From assembly GCA_963695715.1 (NCBI GenBank), contig CAVOHP010000010.1, positions 42,749 through 106,748 of the forward strand: a stretch of 64,000 nucleotides of DNA, written 5' to 3'. The position numbers and the translations under genes were made by a program. How positions within the stretch are numbered: position 1 is the stretch's first letter; every line of letters begins with the position of its first letter. Below, one piece after another: positions 8,323 to 20,405 of this stretch. Below the pieces are notes generated by a model. The model searched no databases. It saw only the letters and a program-made list of their open reading frames with translations, and was not told the origin of the DNA. Origin of the DNA: an uncultured Chloroflexia bacterium (GTDB lineage: Bacteria; Chloroflexota; Anaerolineae; CG2-30-64-16).

Positions 8323-9450
8323 TTATTTGCCTTCCAGCAGATATTCCACGGCCCGGTCGAGTTGCGGGTCGCGATCCGCTTCACGGTCCTCCGCGGTCAT
8401 CTCGACGGCGATATCAGGTTCCAGCCCCAGCTCATGGATGCCCCGATCCTTGGGCGTGAACCAGTGAGCGATGGTCACCCTGAGTTGCGAACCGTCGCTC
8501 AGCGTATTGGGCAACTGCACGGAGCCTTTGCCGTAGGTCTTCTCCCCGATCAGAATACCGGTCCCGGCATCCTGAATCGCGCCGGCCACAATCTCCGACG
8601 CGCTGGCGCTGCCGCCATCCACCAACACGACCAGCGGCGTTCGCCCCAACAGATAGCGCCCGCGGCGCTCATAGTCGCGCTGCTCGCCGTCTTTGGTGCG
8701 CTCCAGCACGATGTTCCCTTCGGGGACGAAGTAACTGCCGATCCGCACGGATGCATCCAGCAGGCCGCCGGGGTTGCCGCGCAGATCGAGGATGATCCCC
8801 CGGGGGTTCTTCGCCACCGCCTTGTTGACCGCTGTGGCAAGCCTTTGCGGGGCGACGCTGCTGAACTCGCTCAAGGCGATATACTCGACCTGCCCGTCCG
8901 CCATGGTCTCCGCCTCGACAACCGGGATTTCGATGCGCGCCCGCGTGAGTTTCACATCGTATGGCTCGCCCGCATCGCGGACGATGGTCAACACCACCTC
9001 GGAGCCGCCCGGCCCGCGGATTTTGCTGATGGCTTCCGTCAAATCCAGCTTCGTGACATCTTCGCCATCCACTTTGAGGATCACATCGCCCACCCGCAAG
9101 CCCGCCTTTTCCGCCGGCTGCTCGGGGAAGAGATACTCCAGCGAGATACCGCCGCCCTCGGCCAGATTGACGCGCGCCCCGATGCCCTCGAAGTGGCCTT
9201 CCATGTCGGAATCGAACAGCGCCGCCGTTTCCGGGTCAACAAACGTCGTGTTGCGGTCGCCCAGCCGATCCACGACGCCCCGAATGGCGTTATAGGTCAA
9301 GTCCTCTTCCGCCGGCAGATCGCCGTAGAACTGATCCTCGAGCAAGTTCATGGCTTCGTCGAAGAGGTTGTTATCGAGGACCAGATCCGGTTCGGCGGTC
9401 GGGGTAGGGGAGACCGCCTCCGCTGCGCCCCCGGTTGTCGCCGATTTCAT
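8323..9450 (-). CDS. S41 family C-terminal processing peptidase (CtpA-like); N-terminal membrane anchor encoded in a different frame
   Basis: Contains LDLRGNPGGLLDASV and LVDGGSASASEIVAGAIQD. A 41-codon ORF (9483-9607, MKSSSSNWARLFLLVTMALILMVAAFGGG..), ending in TGA and out of frame, encodes a typical signal-anchor just upstream. Confidence 0.7.
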   Translation of the reverse strand: MKSATTGGAAEAVSPTPTAEPDLVLDNNLFDEAMNLLEDQFYGDLPAEEDLTYNAIRGVVDRLGDRNTTFVDPETAALFDSDMEGHFEGIGARVNLAEGGGISLEYLFPEQPAEKAGLRVGDVILKVDGEDVTKLDLTEAISKIRGPGGSEVVLTIVRDAGEPYDVKLTRARIEIPVVEAETMADGQVEYIALSEFSSVAPQRLATAVNKAVAKNPRGIILDLRGNPGGLLDASVRIGSYFVPEGNIVLERTKDGEQRDYERRGRYLLGRTPLVVLVDGGSASASEIVAGAIQDAGTGILIGEKTYGKGSVQLPNTLSDGSQLRVTIAHWFTPKDRGIHELGLEPDIAVEMTAEDREADRDPQLDRAVEYLLEGK

Positions 9451-9675
9451 GAAACTTGACAGAGCCGGCAGGCTGGCGGTCTCATCGTCCAGCGGAGATC
9501 AGATCGGCCCCGACCATCATCCCGCCGCCAAAAGCGGCCACCATAAGAATCAGCGCCATGGTCACAAGAAGGAACAGGCGCGCCCAATTCGAGCTACTGC
9601 TTTTCATCTCACCGTCCTGAGTTTACATAACTACGAAACTGCCATTGGCGACGCACACCGGCGGGGCAGGGGAGA

Positions 9676-10969
9676 TTACCTCTCCCCGCGCAACCAGGCC
9701 TCCGCCCTCGCCAATTGCGGATCACGACCGGCATCCCGGTCTTCTGCGCTCACCGATACAGGGACGTCCGGCTCGAGCCCTGCGCCGTCAATCTGCGCGC
9801 GGTTCGGAGTGAGCCAGCGCGCGACCGTCACGTGCAGGGATGAGCCATCCGATAGTTCATGGACTTCCTGCACCGAGCCTTTGCCAAAAGACTTCTCGCC
9901 GATCAACGTGGCGCGGTCGTTATCCCGCAGGGCGCCGGCGACGATCTCAGAAGCGCTTGCCGTGCCGCCGTCGGTCAACACCACGATTTCCCAATCATAC
10001 GCCGGGCTAGTAACCGGCTTAACGGCATAATAACGCTCCTGGCCGTTGCGCTTCATCTCGCGCAGCACATCGCCATCCCGCATCAACAGGCTGGAGACAT
10101 CAACGGCCGACTGGAGCAACCCACCGCCATTGCCGCGGAGATCGAACACCAGCTTTTTGACGCCGGCGTCGTTCAATTCGTCCAGCGCGCTCGCGCAGTT
10201 CCTCGGCGGTGCGCTCGCTGAACAGGTTCAGACGCGCATATCCGATGTGCGCCTGTTCATCCAGCACCCGCCATTCGACGGTCGGCGTTTCGATCCGCTC
10301 ACGCACGACGTCAATTTTGAGCGGCTCGGCCACACCTTCACGCCGCAGCGTCAGGGTCACGGGGTCGCCCACCTCGCCGCGCACCAGCGCCACGACCTCT
10401 TCAACGGTCATTTGCGCCGTGATGGGCGTCTCGTCTGCCGCAAGGAGGATATCGCCATCCTGAACGCCCGCCTTCGCCGCCGGGCGATCTCGCATCACAG
10501 TGACCTGCATATCGCCGGCCTCGTTGCGACCCAGATATGCCCCGATGCCGCCGAAATGGCCGCGCAACTCATCGCGCTCCATCTCGCGTGACACGGGTTC
10601 AACGTAAACCGTGAAACGGTCATTGTAAGCCGAAACCAGACCCCGAATCGCCGAACGTTCCTGGGCTTCTGCATTCGGGATCTCGCCCATGAAGCGCTCG
10701 TCCAGGATCGCCTGCACTTCGGGTAAGATGTGGAATCCCGCGCCGGAAGCTTCGGCCGGCGAGCCGCGGCGCCCGCCCAGCAAGTAGCCGCTCAGAAAAA
10801 CCGCGCCCAAAATCACGACGGCCACGAGGCCGGCACTCAGTCTACGCACTCTCTTGATTCCTTCAACGTGACATAATGTGCATCGCGACTCCCTGATCTG
10901 CCGGGGGAGCGTTAGGCGGCGCATAGTAGCATGGCCCCGCCTCACATACACACGTGTGGATTGTACCAC
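9676..10969 (-). pseudogene. second S41 C-terminal processing peptidase, frameshifted near 10150-10175
   Basis: ORF 10100-10969 has the TM anchor, PDZ region and ..HIGYARLNLFSERTAEEL. ORF 9676-10176 has ..VFDLRGNGGGLL..DGGTASASEIVAGALRD. Removing one base from gagcgcgctggacgaattg restores the reading ..EELREALDELNDAGVKK.. Confidence 0.6.
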
Positions 10970-11227
10970 GGACTATCCCGACTGACAGTAACTCGAATCC
11001 CTCTTTGCAAAAGGGGACGGGCGGGGCTTTTCAGAGCAACTTCGGGGCGCGACTTTCTCGCGGCGAGATATGCGAGGTGGATATGTCGGGGGAGTTGCTG
11101 GAAGAACTTATAACTTATGTCAAGTCAACCCGGCGAAAAGGGGCGTCCTCGCACAACTCTACATAACATATATAGTGTGAATATGAAAGCACGACACAAG
11201 ACCCATCCCCCGGGGACTCCCCCCACT

Positions 11228-11262
11228 TTCGTGACAAAAAAACGACCGGCCTTCGGGGGGCC
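11228..11262 (-). terminator. rho-independent terminator after hflX
   Basis: Plus-strand aaaaaaacGACCGGCCttcgGGGGGCCGGTCgt. On the minus-strand transcript this is a GC-rich stem followed by U8, about 40 nt after the hflX stop. Confidence 0.5.
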
Positions 11263-11302
11263 GGTCGTATGAACGAGATGCGATCGTCACTGAATCCAGC
11301 GT

Positions 11303-12632
<1,330 letters not shown>

Positions 12633-12658
12633 AGCGATAGTTGACCTCCCTCGGTCGT

Positions 12659-13823
12659 TCAGAACCTCAGGGCGCGTAAGCGCCGGACGGCTTCGACGAC
12701 GCGTTCCGTCGTCTGCCCCACCGACACCCGGAGATAGCCCTCGCCGCCCGGCCCGAAGGTCGTCCCCGGCGCCAGGCTCACGCCGGTTTCCAGGAGGACC
12801 TTCTCCGCGCATTGCGCCGAGGTATACCCCGCCGGCACGCGCGGCCACAGATAAAGGCTGGCGCGGGGTTTATGGCAGCGTACGCCCCAATCATTCGTGA
12901 ACAGCATCGTAAAACAGATCCCGCGGTATTCGTATTCTGCGTTCCGCGCCGTCCATCCACGCCGCATCTTCGGTCAATGCCGCAATCGCCGCATCTTGCA
13001 CAGCGAGGAACATGCCGCTGTCTATATTGGTCTTGATCTGCGCCGAGCGCGCCGACCGCCCGCTTGTTACCAACGGCCATCCCCACGCGCCAGCCCGCCA
13101 TGTTGTGCGACTTGGAAAGCGAGTTGAATTCGACGGCGACATCCTTCGCGCCCGGCACAGCCAGCAGGCTGGGCGCAACGTAGCCGTCATAGCAGACGTC
13201 GGCATAGGGCACATCATGGCACAGCAGGATATCGTGGCGCCGGCAGAAATCCACCGCCGCTTCGAAGAAGCTCATGGGCGCAATACTGCCGGTCGGGTTA
13301 TTCGGATAGTTCAGCCACATAATCCGGGCCGTGTCGGCGATCTCCGCCGGAATTGCGGCCAGGTCGGGCAGGTAATCGTTCTCCTCCCGCAGCGGCATAT
13401 AGTACACATCGGCCCCGGCCAGGGCCGCCCCCATGCGATAGGTCGGATATCCGGGGTCGGGGACCAGCGCCAGGTCGCCCGGATCCAGCCAGGCCAACGA
13501 CATATTGGCGATCCCCTCTTTCGACCCGATGAGGGGCAGGATCTCATCGGCCATGCTCACGTCCACCCCGAATCGTCTCCGGTAATAGTCCGCCATGGCC
13601 TGCCGCAGCGCCGGCAACCCCATGAACCCCGGATAACCATGTTGCCCGGATTGCGCGCCGAGGTCGCCAGCGTCTCGATCACCAGCGGCGTCGGCGGCCC
13701 GTCCGGGCTGCCGATATCGAGCCGGATGATGTCCAGGCCTTGCGCCTGCAAGGTCTGAAGCTTGGCGTCCAGCGACGCGAACGCATATACGGGCAGTGAA
13801 TCCAGCCTCCGCGATGGTCTCAT
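12659..13823 (-). pseudogene. class I/II aminotransferase (LL-DAP/Asp aminotransferase-like), three frameshifts
   Basis: Four ORF pieces in different frames join into one protein: ..LPVYAFASLDAKL..NPGN / MGLPALRQAMADYY..SLSKSHNMAGWRVGMAVGN / ..KTNIDSGMFLAVQDAAIAAL..YDAVHE / ..ASLYLWPRVPAGYTS..YLRVSVGQ. Confidence 0.6.
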
Positions 13824-13863
13824 CAAAACGCTCCGGTGAGAGATTCGGACGTGAAATACGGGG

Positions 13864-14802
13864 TCATGGCCCCTCGACCAGCGCTTCGAGGACGCGGCCC
13901 ACACGTTCGAGCGCTTCGGCGGATACTTTGTCGGCCGTATCCTGCGTCGTATGCCAGGGCGGATAATCGAAGTCAATCAGATCCACCGCCGGGATGCCCG
14001 CCTCCAGGAAGGGTACGTGATCGTCGAGGATGGACCACTTATACTCCGGGATGAAGTACTGCTCATAGCCCAGGTCGGCGGCGATGCCCCAAACGCGATC
14101 AATCAACTCCGGCGTCGAGTTGCGCTCCTTGTAGATCTGCTGGTCGGCGTCACCGATCATATCGGCCACCACCACCATCTCGGGCGTGACGTTCAGGTTC
14201 TCCGCCATATAGCGCGACCCCGCCAGGTACTCCCAATCACCAATCCGGCCATTATCTTCCGCATCGAAGAAGGCCAGCCAAACCTCATAGTCGAGTTCGT
14301 CTTTATCCAGCGTTCGGGCCAACTCAAGCAGTACGGCGACCCCACTGGCGCCGTCGTTCGCGCCGATCACCGGTTCGGTCTGTCGCGCCGGGTCGGGGTC
14401 CTTGTCGGCCAGCAGTCGCGTGTCATAATGCGCGCCGAGAATCGCGACCTGGCCTTGCCCGGCCTTCGCGATGATGTTCCGCGCGGCAACGCCCTGGTAA
14501 ACAAAGGGCTGCTCCTCGACGGTCCAGCCCATCTCGCGCAGATGCTCAATGATATAGTCCCCGGTTGCCCGGCCGGCCTCGGAACCCGTGGGCCGCGGGC
14601 CAAACGCAACCTGTTTCAGCACATGCTCATAGGCCGCCTGGCCCACAAACTGATTGGCGACAGGTTGCGGGAACAATGGCTGCGGCAGAAAATCATAGAC
14701 GACCACACCAATCAGGATCAGCAAGCCGACAAAGCCGACGATCAGCGCCGTCTCGAGGCCCCGCTCACGCAGCCAGCTTCTGGCGGTTACTCCTTCTCTC
14801 AC
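13864..14802 (-). CDS. M28 family metallopeptidase (aminopeptidase) with N-terminal TM anchor
   Basis: 312 aa containing ..LGAHYDT..DDGSGVA-like.. and FFDAEDNGRIGDWEYLAGSRYM. Confidence 0.7.
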   Translation of the reverse strand: MREGVTARSWLRERGLETALIVGFVGLLILIGVVVYDFLPQPLFPQPVANQFVGQAAYEHVLKQVAFGPRPTGSEAGRATGDYIIEHLREMGWTVEEQPFVYQGVAARNIIAKAGQGQVAILGAHYDTRLLADKDPDPARQTEPVIGANDGASGVAVLLELARTLDKDELDYEVWLAFFDAEDNGRIGDWEYLAGSRYMAENLNVTPEMVVVADMIGDADQQIYKERNSTPELIDRVWGIAADLGYEQYFIPEYKWSILDDHVPFLEAGIPAVDLIDFDYPPWHTTQDTADKVSAEALERVGRVLEALVEGP

Positions 14803-16175
14803 AGGCTCTCCTTTTTCCGACGCCTGAACTGGAGCCGAATCGGCGTCCCCTTGAATGGATGCACCTCGCGAATCCGATTCTCAAGAAACCGTTCGTAGCT
14901 GAAGTGAATCAATTCCGGGTCATTGACGAAGATCACAAATGTCGGCGGCGCGGTTTCAGGTTGCGTCGCAAACAAGAAGTTCAGCGGCTTCCCTTTTCGG
15001 CTGGGCGCCGGATAGGCAGCCATCGCATCCCTGAGCAGCCTGTTGAGCGTAGATGTGGTTATGCGAAAGTCCCTCTCGGCGGCCACTTCCAGCGCAAGCG
15101 GCAGAAGCCGATCCACACGCTGTCCTTTGAGCGCCGAAACAAACTCAATCGGAACGTAATCCATAAAATTGAGCCGCTCCCGAATCTGGCTCGTATAGAC
15201 GTTCATCGTGTCGCCGGTCTTTTCGGGGACGGCATCCCACTTGTTGACGACCACCACCACGCTCTTCTGGGCTTCAAGGATGAAGTTCGCCACATGCGTA
15301 TCCTGGGTGGTGACGCCGGCAAGCGCATCCACCACCAGGAAAACAACATCTGCACGTTGAATGGCGTTGACGGCCCGCAGAACACTATACTTCTCGATCC
15401 CCGGCTCGACCTTCCCTCGCCGGCGGATGCCTGCCGTATCAATCAGCACGACTTCCTGACCGTCCCATTCGAGCTTCGTGTCAATGGCGTCTCGGGTGGT
15501 TCCCGGGATCGCACTGACAATAGACCGCTCTTCTCCCAGGAACGCGTTGAGCAGCGATGATTTCCCCACGTTGGGTCGCCCGACGATCGCGATTTTCACC
15601 GCGTCGCTCTCCGGTTCCTCTTCCACCACCGGAAGGTGCGCGACGACAGCATCGAGGAGGTCGCCTGTGCCGGTGCCATGCAGCGAAGAGATCGGATACG
15701 GCTCGCCCAGACCCAACTCATAGAAATCCAGCGCCAACTGCCGGCGTTCTTCGTTATCTGCCTTGTTCGCCGCCAGCACCACGGGCCGGTCGGAACGCCG
15801 CAAGATGTCCGCCACATCCTGATCGGCCGATGTGACGCCGTCCTTCGCATCCACCACGAAGATCACGACGTCCGCCTCTTCGATTGCCAGTTCAGCCTGC
15901 TGACGAATCTCGCGCACATAGTCGCGCGAGGAAGCGCCCAGGAGCTCCGGTTGCGCCGACTTCTGGGGCGCTTTCTCGGTCGCGGCGATATCCAGCCCGC
16001 CCGTATCAATCAGGACAAACGGCCGGCTCGTCCACTCAGCGTTCGCATACAGGCGATCACGCGTGGTTCCCGGCACATCTTCTACAATCGCGATCCGCTC
16101 ACCGGCCAACCGGTTGAAGAGCGTAGATTTTCCGACATTGGGTCGCCCTACCAGGGCGACAATAGGTTGTTGCAT
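14799..16175 (-). CDS. der: ribosome biogenesis GTPase Der (EngA)
   Basis: 458 aa with two tandem G domains (GRPNVGKSTLFN ... GRPNVGKSSLLN) and a KH-like C-terminus. Confidence 0.9.
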   Translation of the reverse strand: MQQPIVALVGRPNVGKSTLFNRLAGERIAIVEDVPGTTRDRLYANAEWTSRPFVLIDTGGLDIAATEKAPQKSAQPELLGASSRDYVREIRQQAELAIEEADVVIFVVDAKDGVTSADQDVADILRRSDRPVVLAANKADNEERRQLALDFYELGLGEPYPISSLHGTGTGDLLDAVVAHLPVVEEEPESDAVKIAIVGRPNVGKSSLLNAFLGEERSIVSAIPGTTRDAIDTKLEWDGQEVVLIDTAGIRRRGKVEPGIEKYSVLRAVNAIQRADVVFLVVDALAGVTTQDTHVANFILEAQKSVVVVVNKWDAVPEKTGDTMNVYTSQIRERLNFMDYVPIEFVSALKGQRVDRLLPLALEVAAERDFRITTSTLNRLLRDAMAAYPAPSRKGKPLNFLFATQPETAPPTFVIFVNDPELIHFSYERFLENRIREVHPFKGTPIRLQFRRRKKESL

Positions 16176-16257
16176 AGAATTTCCCTTGTACTACCAGTAC
16201 CATAACTGATCGAGCGTGATAGGGCCGATGCACTCCGGCAGATCACGCGTTCACCGC

Positions 16258-17502
16258 TCAATTTCGCTTCGCCGGTGTTGGACCGGGCGTCGGTGTCAGC
16301 CCGGGCGTCGGCAACAAGCCGATGGTCACTTCGATGGTCTCCGGCGAGATGCCTTCCACCACCACCCCTTCCGGGCCAGGCACCGTCGGAACGATGACGT
16401 GCACGCCGGGCCCGAGGCCGGTCAAGTCCACGATGACCGGCGCATCTTCGGGTCGGAGGGCATCCAGCTTGGGTACCGGGCCCGACAAAAAGAGATTGGC
16501 CGTATCGAGCGTCAACGTGTAGGTCAAGCCCGGGGCCAGGCCCTGTACGGTCGGGCTTCGTTGAACTGACTGGACTCCCGTGATAGGCACAATGGCTACA
16601 CGAACCTCGACGCTTTGCACACCCAACGGCGATACACTCTCAGGGAGTTGCAGCGGCACACGGTCTACCACATCCCGGTTCGCGCCGGTGATGTCTACCG
16701 GAACGGTGATATAGCCGCTGAGACTGCTGATCGTTGCGGGATCGCCCTGCAGTGTCACCAGCTTGGGATCGGCGGTTACCCCGCTCACTGTGTAACCGGG
16801 CGACGGTTCGCCCGCCGGCTCGACAATGATGGCAACCTCTCGATAGCCGGGGAGTTGCACCACCGGCACGCTGACGAACACGTCTTTGGGCGCCACATCC
16901 ACAAAACCCACCGTCTCACCCGCGGCATTGCGCACTGATACCCGCATGGTGCGCTCGACGCTCGAACGCGTCCCCCGCAGATAGAGTTCCACCACCGCAG
17001 AGGCCACCTCGTCAATCAACGGGCCGGAGCCGGTCACAAGAACTTCTGTGGGCGTGATGACCGGCGTCTGCCACTCATAGCCGAACGCCGGCGCATCCAT
17101 GATGTTCGCCAGCACGGGCACTTGCTTCTCTTTCCGCTCCTCGAGACGAACCCGGATCACCGGGGGGTCCACGGCCGTCACGCGTATCTGAGGGTCGGGC
17201 GACTTCACCTGTACCGCAACATCGTATTCACCGGCGCGCAAGTCCGTCAGATCTACCCATGCGGTGAAATCACGCGCCTGCAAATTGCGCCAACGATCCT
17301 TCGGCGCCTGGATTTCGACCCGCACCTCACTCAGGATATCGCCAAAGACGCTCAGATTCTCCGGCAAGCCGAGGCGGCTTACCGAAATCGGCTCGCTATA
17401 TTCGCCCTGCGGATAATCCTGCCGTATCGCCACCACCCATACGGTCATGGCGAGCGCCAGTGCGAGAAGCGCTGAACCCAGATTCGATAGCCAGTTCTTC
17501 AC
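16258..17502 (-). CDS. cdaR: YbbR-domain protein CdaR (diadenylate cyclase regulator)
   Basis: 414 aa with an N-terminal TM helix, repeated YbbR-like beta domains and a Pro/Thr-rich tail. Sits immediately downstream of cdaA. Confidence 0.75.
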   Translation of the reverse strand: MKNWLSNLGSALLALALAMTVWVVAIRQDYPQGEYSEPISVSRLGLPENLSVFGDILSEVRVEIQAPKDRWRNLQARDFTAWVDLTDLRAGEYDVAVQVKSPDPQIRVTAVDPPVIRVRLEERKEKQVPVLANIMDAPAFGYEWQTPVITPTEVLVTGSGPLIDEVASAVVELYLRGTRSSVERTMRVSVRNAAGETVGFVDVAPKDVFVSVPVVQLPGYREVAIIVEPAGEPSPGYTVSGVTADPKLVTLQGDPATISSLSGYITVPVDITGANRDVVDRVPLQLPESVSPLGVQSVEVRVAIVPITGVQSVQRSPTVQGLAPGLTYTLTLDTANLFLSGPVPKLDALRPEDAPVIVDLTGLGPGVHVIVPTVPGPEGVVVEGISPETIEVTIGLLPTPGLTPTPGPTPAKRN

Positions 17503-17505
17503 GGG

Positions 17506-18324
17506 TCAGGATCCATTGCCAAACCACCGCCGCGGCCGGTGAAAGGCTTGCAGCACCCGGCCCAATCGTTGCACATCCAGCCGTCGCGCCAGGCGACCGT
17601 TCCGCGCGACCGAGATCGTGCCGGTTTCCTCCGATACCACAATCGCCAGAGCATCGTTCTGCTCCGTAATCCCTACCGCGGCGCGATGCCGGGTCCCCAA
17701 TGAGGCGTCGGCAAGCTCGCGCCCCGTGAGGGGCAGCACACACGCCGCAGCAATAATCCGCTCGCCGCGAACGATCACGGCGCCATCATGCAGCGCCGTC
17801 CCCGGATAGAACAATGTCTCCAACAGGCGCGCCGACACCATACCGTCCACGCGCTGCCCCGATTCAATGTGTTCCTCAAGCCCGGTATCGCCCTCCAAAA
17901 CGATCAACGCGCCGATTTGCTCACGGGAAAGGGTCTCCACGGCCCGTGTGATTTCGTAGATCACCTGTTGCGCGGCCGCATCGCGGGTGCCGCGCGCCAG
18001 CAAGGGCGTTGTCCGCCCCAGCCGCTCCAACGCGCGTCGCAACTCCGGTTGGAAGATGACCGGTATGGCCACCAGGATCATCGGCAAGGAATTACGGACC
18101 AGCCAGTTGAAGGCGGTGAAACGACTCGCAGCCAGGAGCGCCACGAGAAGCACGACCAGGATGCCGCGCAGCAGCGAAACGGCTTGAGTCCCTTGAAACA
18201 ATCGCAAAACGGCATAGAAAATCAGAGCAACCAGCGCGATATCAACCACGCTCGTCCAGGTTATCTGCTGGAATAGGTTGCCTGCTTCGTTACTGAATCG
18301 CTCGATCAGGGACTCGACCTGCAC
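17506..18324 (-). CDS. cdaA: diadenylate cyclase CdaA (DisA_N/DAC domain)
   Basis: 272 aa with 3 N-terminal TM helices and DAC motifs ..GALIVLEG.. HDGAVIV.. RHRAAVGITE.. Confidence 0.85.
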   Translation of the reverse strand: MQVESLIERFSNEAGNLFQQITWTSVVDIALVALIFYAVLRLFQGTQAVSLLRGILVVLLVALLAASRFTAFNWLVRNSLPMILVAIPVIFQPELRRALERLGRTTPLLARGTRDAAAQQVIYEITRAVETLSREQIGALIVLEGDTGLEEHIESGQRVDGMVSARLLETLFYPGTALHDGAVIVRGERIIAAACVLPLTGRELADASLGTRHRAAVGITEQNDALAIVVSEETGTISVARNGRLARRLDVQRLGRVLQAFHRPRRWFGNGS

Positions 18325-18342
18325 GGATACTGTACAACTCCA

Positions 18343-19198
18343 TTAACCTGGGAATGCCCCCGAGATACGCAAGCCCAACGCCGAAAGCATCATCGCCGCC
18401 CACCACCAGAAGCCGGCGCGCGTGGCGGCATACGCGTTCAGACGACCCATCACACTGAGCGACGACGCCAGCAAGAGGGCCGCCAGCAAGATGATCAGCC
18501 ACGGCGCGCCCATCCCGACTGCCGCGACGAGCACGAGCGCTTGACCCAACCACAGTACGCCGGCGCCCCCGTTTGAGGCCTCGGCGCGCAACACCCCCCA
18601 TTGAAGCACCGTATAGACGGCCGCGAGGATGTAAATCCACACCCCAAGTTGCAACAACTCCGCCGGCGCCCGGCTGTCTGCGGAGGCGCCCAACAACCAG
18701 GGCAACGCGACAGCCAACACCGCCAATGGGAGCGCCGCCGCGCCGCGACTGCGGCTCAACAGCCATGCCGCCAGGCTGACGCCCACCGCCGCCAGGCTGA
18801 GGACCAGCGCGATCTGCCCCAGCAACAAACTCAGTGCGCCGGACAGGACCAACCCGACCGCCAGATCGTGCCACCCCGAACGCACCGCGCCGTCTTCGGT
18901 GCGTTCGATCAGCGCGTCGTTCAGCCTCGCAACAGGCGCGCCCGGCGTCGCATAGGGCAACATCACTCTGCCCGTCCCCGCGCCCCGACGACTCGCCCCT
19001 TTCGCGCTCGAGTCGCCACAATGACCCCCAGGCCAATTCGGCCAGCAGCACCATTGCGAACAACCTGAGCAGTGCGCCTCCTTCAAGATAGGCCGTCCCA
19101 CCGGCAATCGCGCCCGCGAGGACCGACCACGCCGGACTGATGCGCCAGGGCGAACGCGCGACGGACAGCCGCAGACGGACGATCGGCCCCGCGGTCAT
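18343..19198 (-). pseudogene. polytopic membrane protein of unknown function downstream of cdaA-cdaR; apparent frameshift near 18960-19110
   Basis: ORF 18290-19198 gives a plausible N-terminus (MTAGPIVRLRLSVARSPW..LAGAIAGGTAYLEGGALLRLFAMVLLAELAWGSLW). ORF 18343-19107 gives the membrane body (..WHDLAVGLVLSGALSLLLGQIALVLSLAAVG..WIYILAAVYTVLQWG..). The ends of each are low-complexity wrong-frame sequence. Confidence 0.4.
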
Positions 19199-19389
19199 CG
19201 CCTGCGCGAGCTCGGTCCGCCGCCAACGCCGACCGGAGGAGATTGGTTCATGCGACGAGATTTCCGGCCACGCCAGATCGAGTCAATAACTCGCGACGCT
19301 CGGACGCAGCACCCCCACGCGATGTCACAAGCTCGCTTCCAAAGATTGAGATGCGTTGAAAGATATTGTAAATGCGCTGCCGGAGATGG

Positions 19390-20405
19390 TCAAGTGATAT
19401 TGTCGTTTGGCAACGCCGCGCCGGCCGTCAGGAGCGCGATATCATCTTCGGACGCAGGTCCTGCGGGGTATGATTGCATCCCAAAACGAGTCAGGATCAC
19501 CGCGCCGAGACCCAGGGCTGCGATCAAGAGGCCGATCAGGCCGCCGAAGCAGAGCGGCAGACGGGAGAGAAACGTGATGAGGAAGACGCCCACGGCGGCC
19601 TCGAGAAATGAAGCCACATCCCGCATCTTGAACACATGCAGCAGAGATTGTCCGACCCGAGCCCGACGGCGATCCAACCGACTACGATCGCGATGAGCGC
19701 CGCGAGCCAGACGAACAACCCGAGGCAACAACAGATCAGGAGGAAGAGGCCCGCAAACCCGGCAACCGCCAACGCAAACAGACCGACGATGAAGCTCATC
19801 AAGGATTCAGTTGCGACCGTGTTGGCTACCCGCCCCACGTTCCGCGGCGCAATCAACACCGCGAGCACGGCCAGAATCGCCATTAAGAGCGACCACCCCA
19901 GCGCCTGAATCGGCCACAGGATGAGCGACCAGACGTGTGACAGCATCGGGGGACCCGGTTCAGCCGGGGTCGGCGGCGCAATCGGAGGAATGAGACGATC
20001 CGGGACCGGGAACGATTCTGTGTCGAAAAGATCTCCGCCAACCGTCGCGCCCGGCGCGCGGCTGACCGAACTGCCGATGCCGGCCACGCTGCCCCGAACC
20101 ACCGCACCCTCATCCAATGTGACACTGCCGCCAAACACAACAACGTCGCCGGTTACTGTGCCGCTCACGCTCAAATCGCCGCCCAGTACGGCGACATCGC
20201 CATTTACGACACTTTCCGCTTCGAGTTCCGCATCACCGCCGACAACCGCCAGGTTGCCGTTGATCCGGTCTCCCGCAGTCAACACGAAGTTTTCGCCAAT
20301 GACGAGCTTATCCCCATCCGGGCTTTGCGCGAAGACAACCGGAACCGCCCCCAGCAGCAGAACCGCGCACACCAGCACTGCGATCGATACACGCCGATGA
20401 ATCAT
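19390..20405 (-). pseudogene. secreted beta-helix (bactofilin/DUF4097-like polymer-forming repeat) protein with C-terminal TM region; frameshift near 19640-19730
   Basis: Start MIHRRVSIAVLVCAVLLLGAVPVVFA (signal peptide) at 20403-20405, directly after the anti-sigma stop. Repeats GDVAVLGGDLSVSGTVTGDVVVFGGSVTL. The C-terminal TM part continues in ORF 19390-19731 in another frame. Confidence 0.5.
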
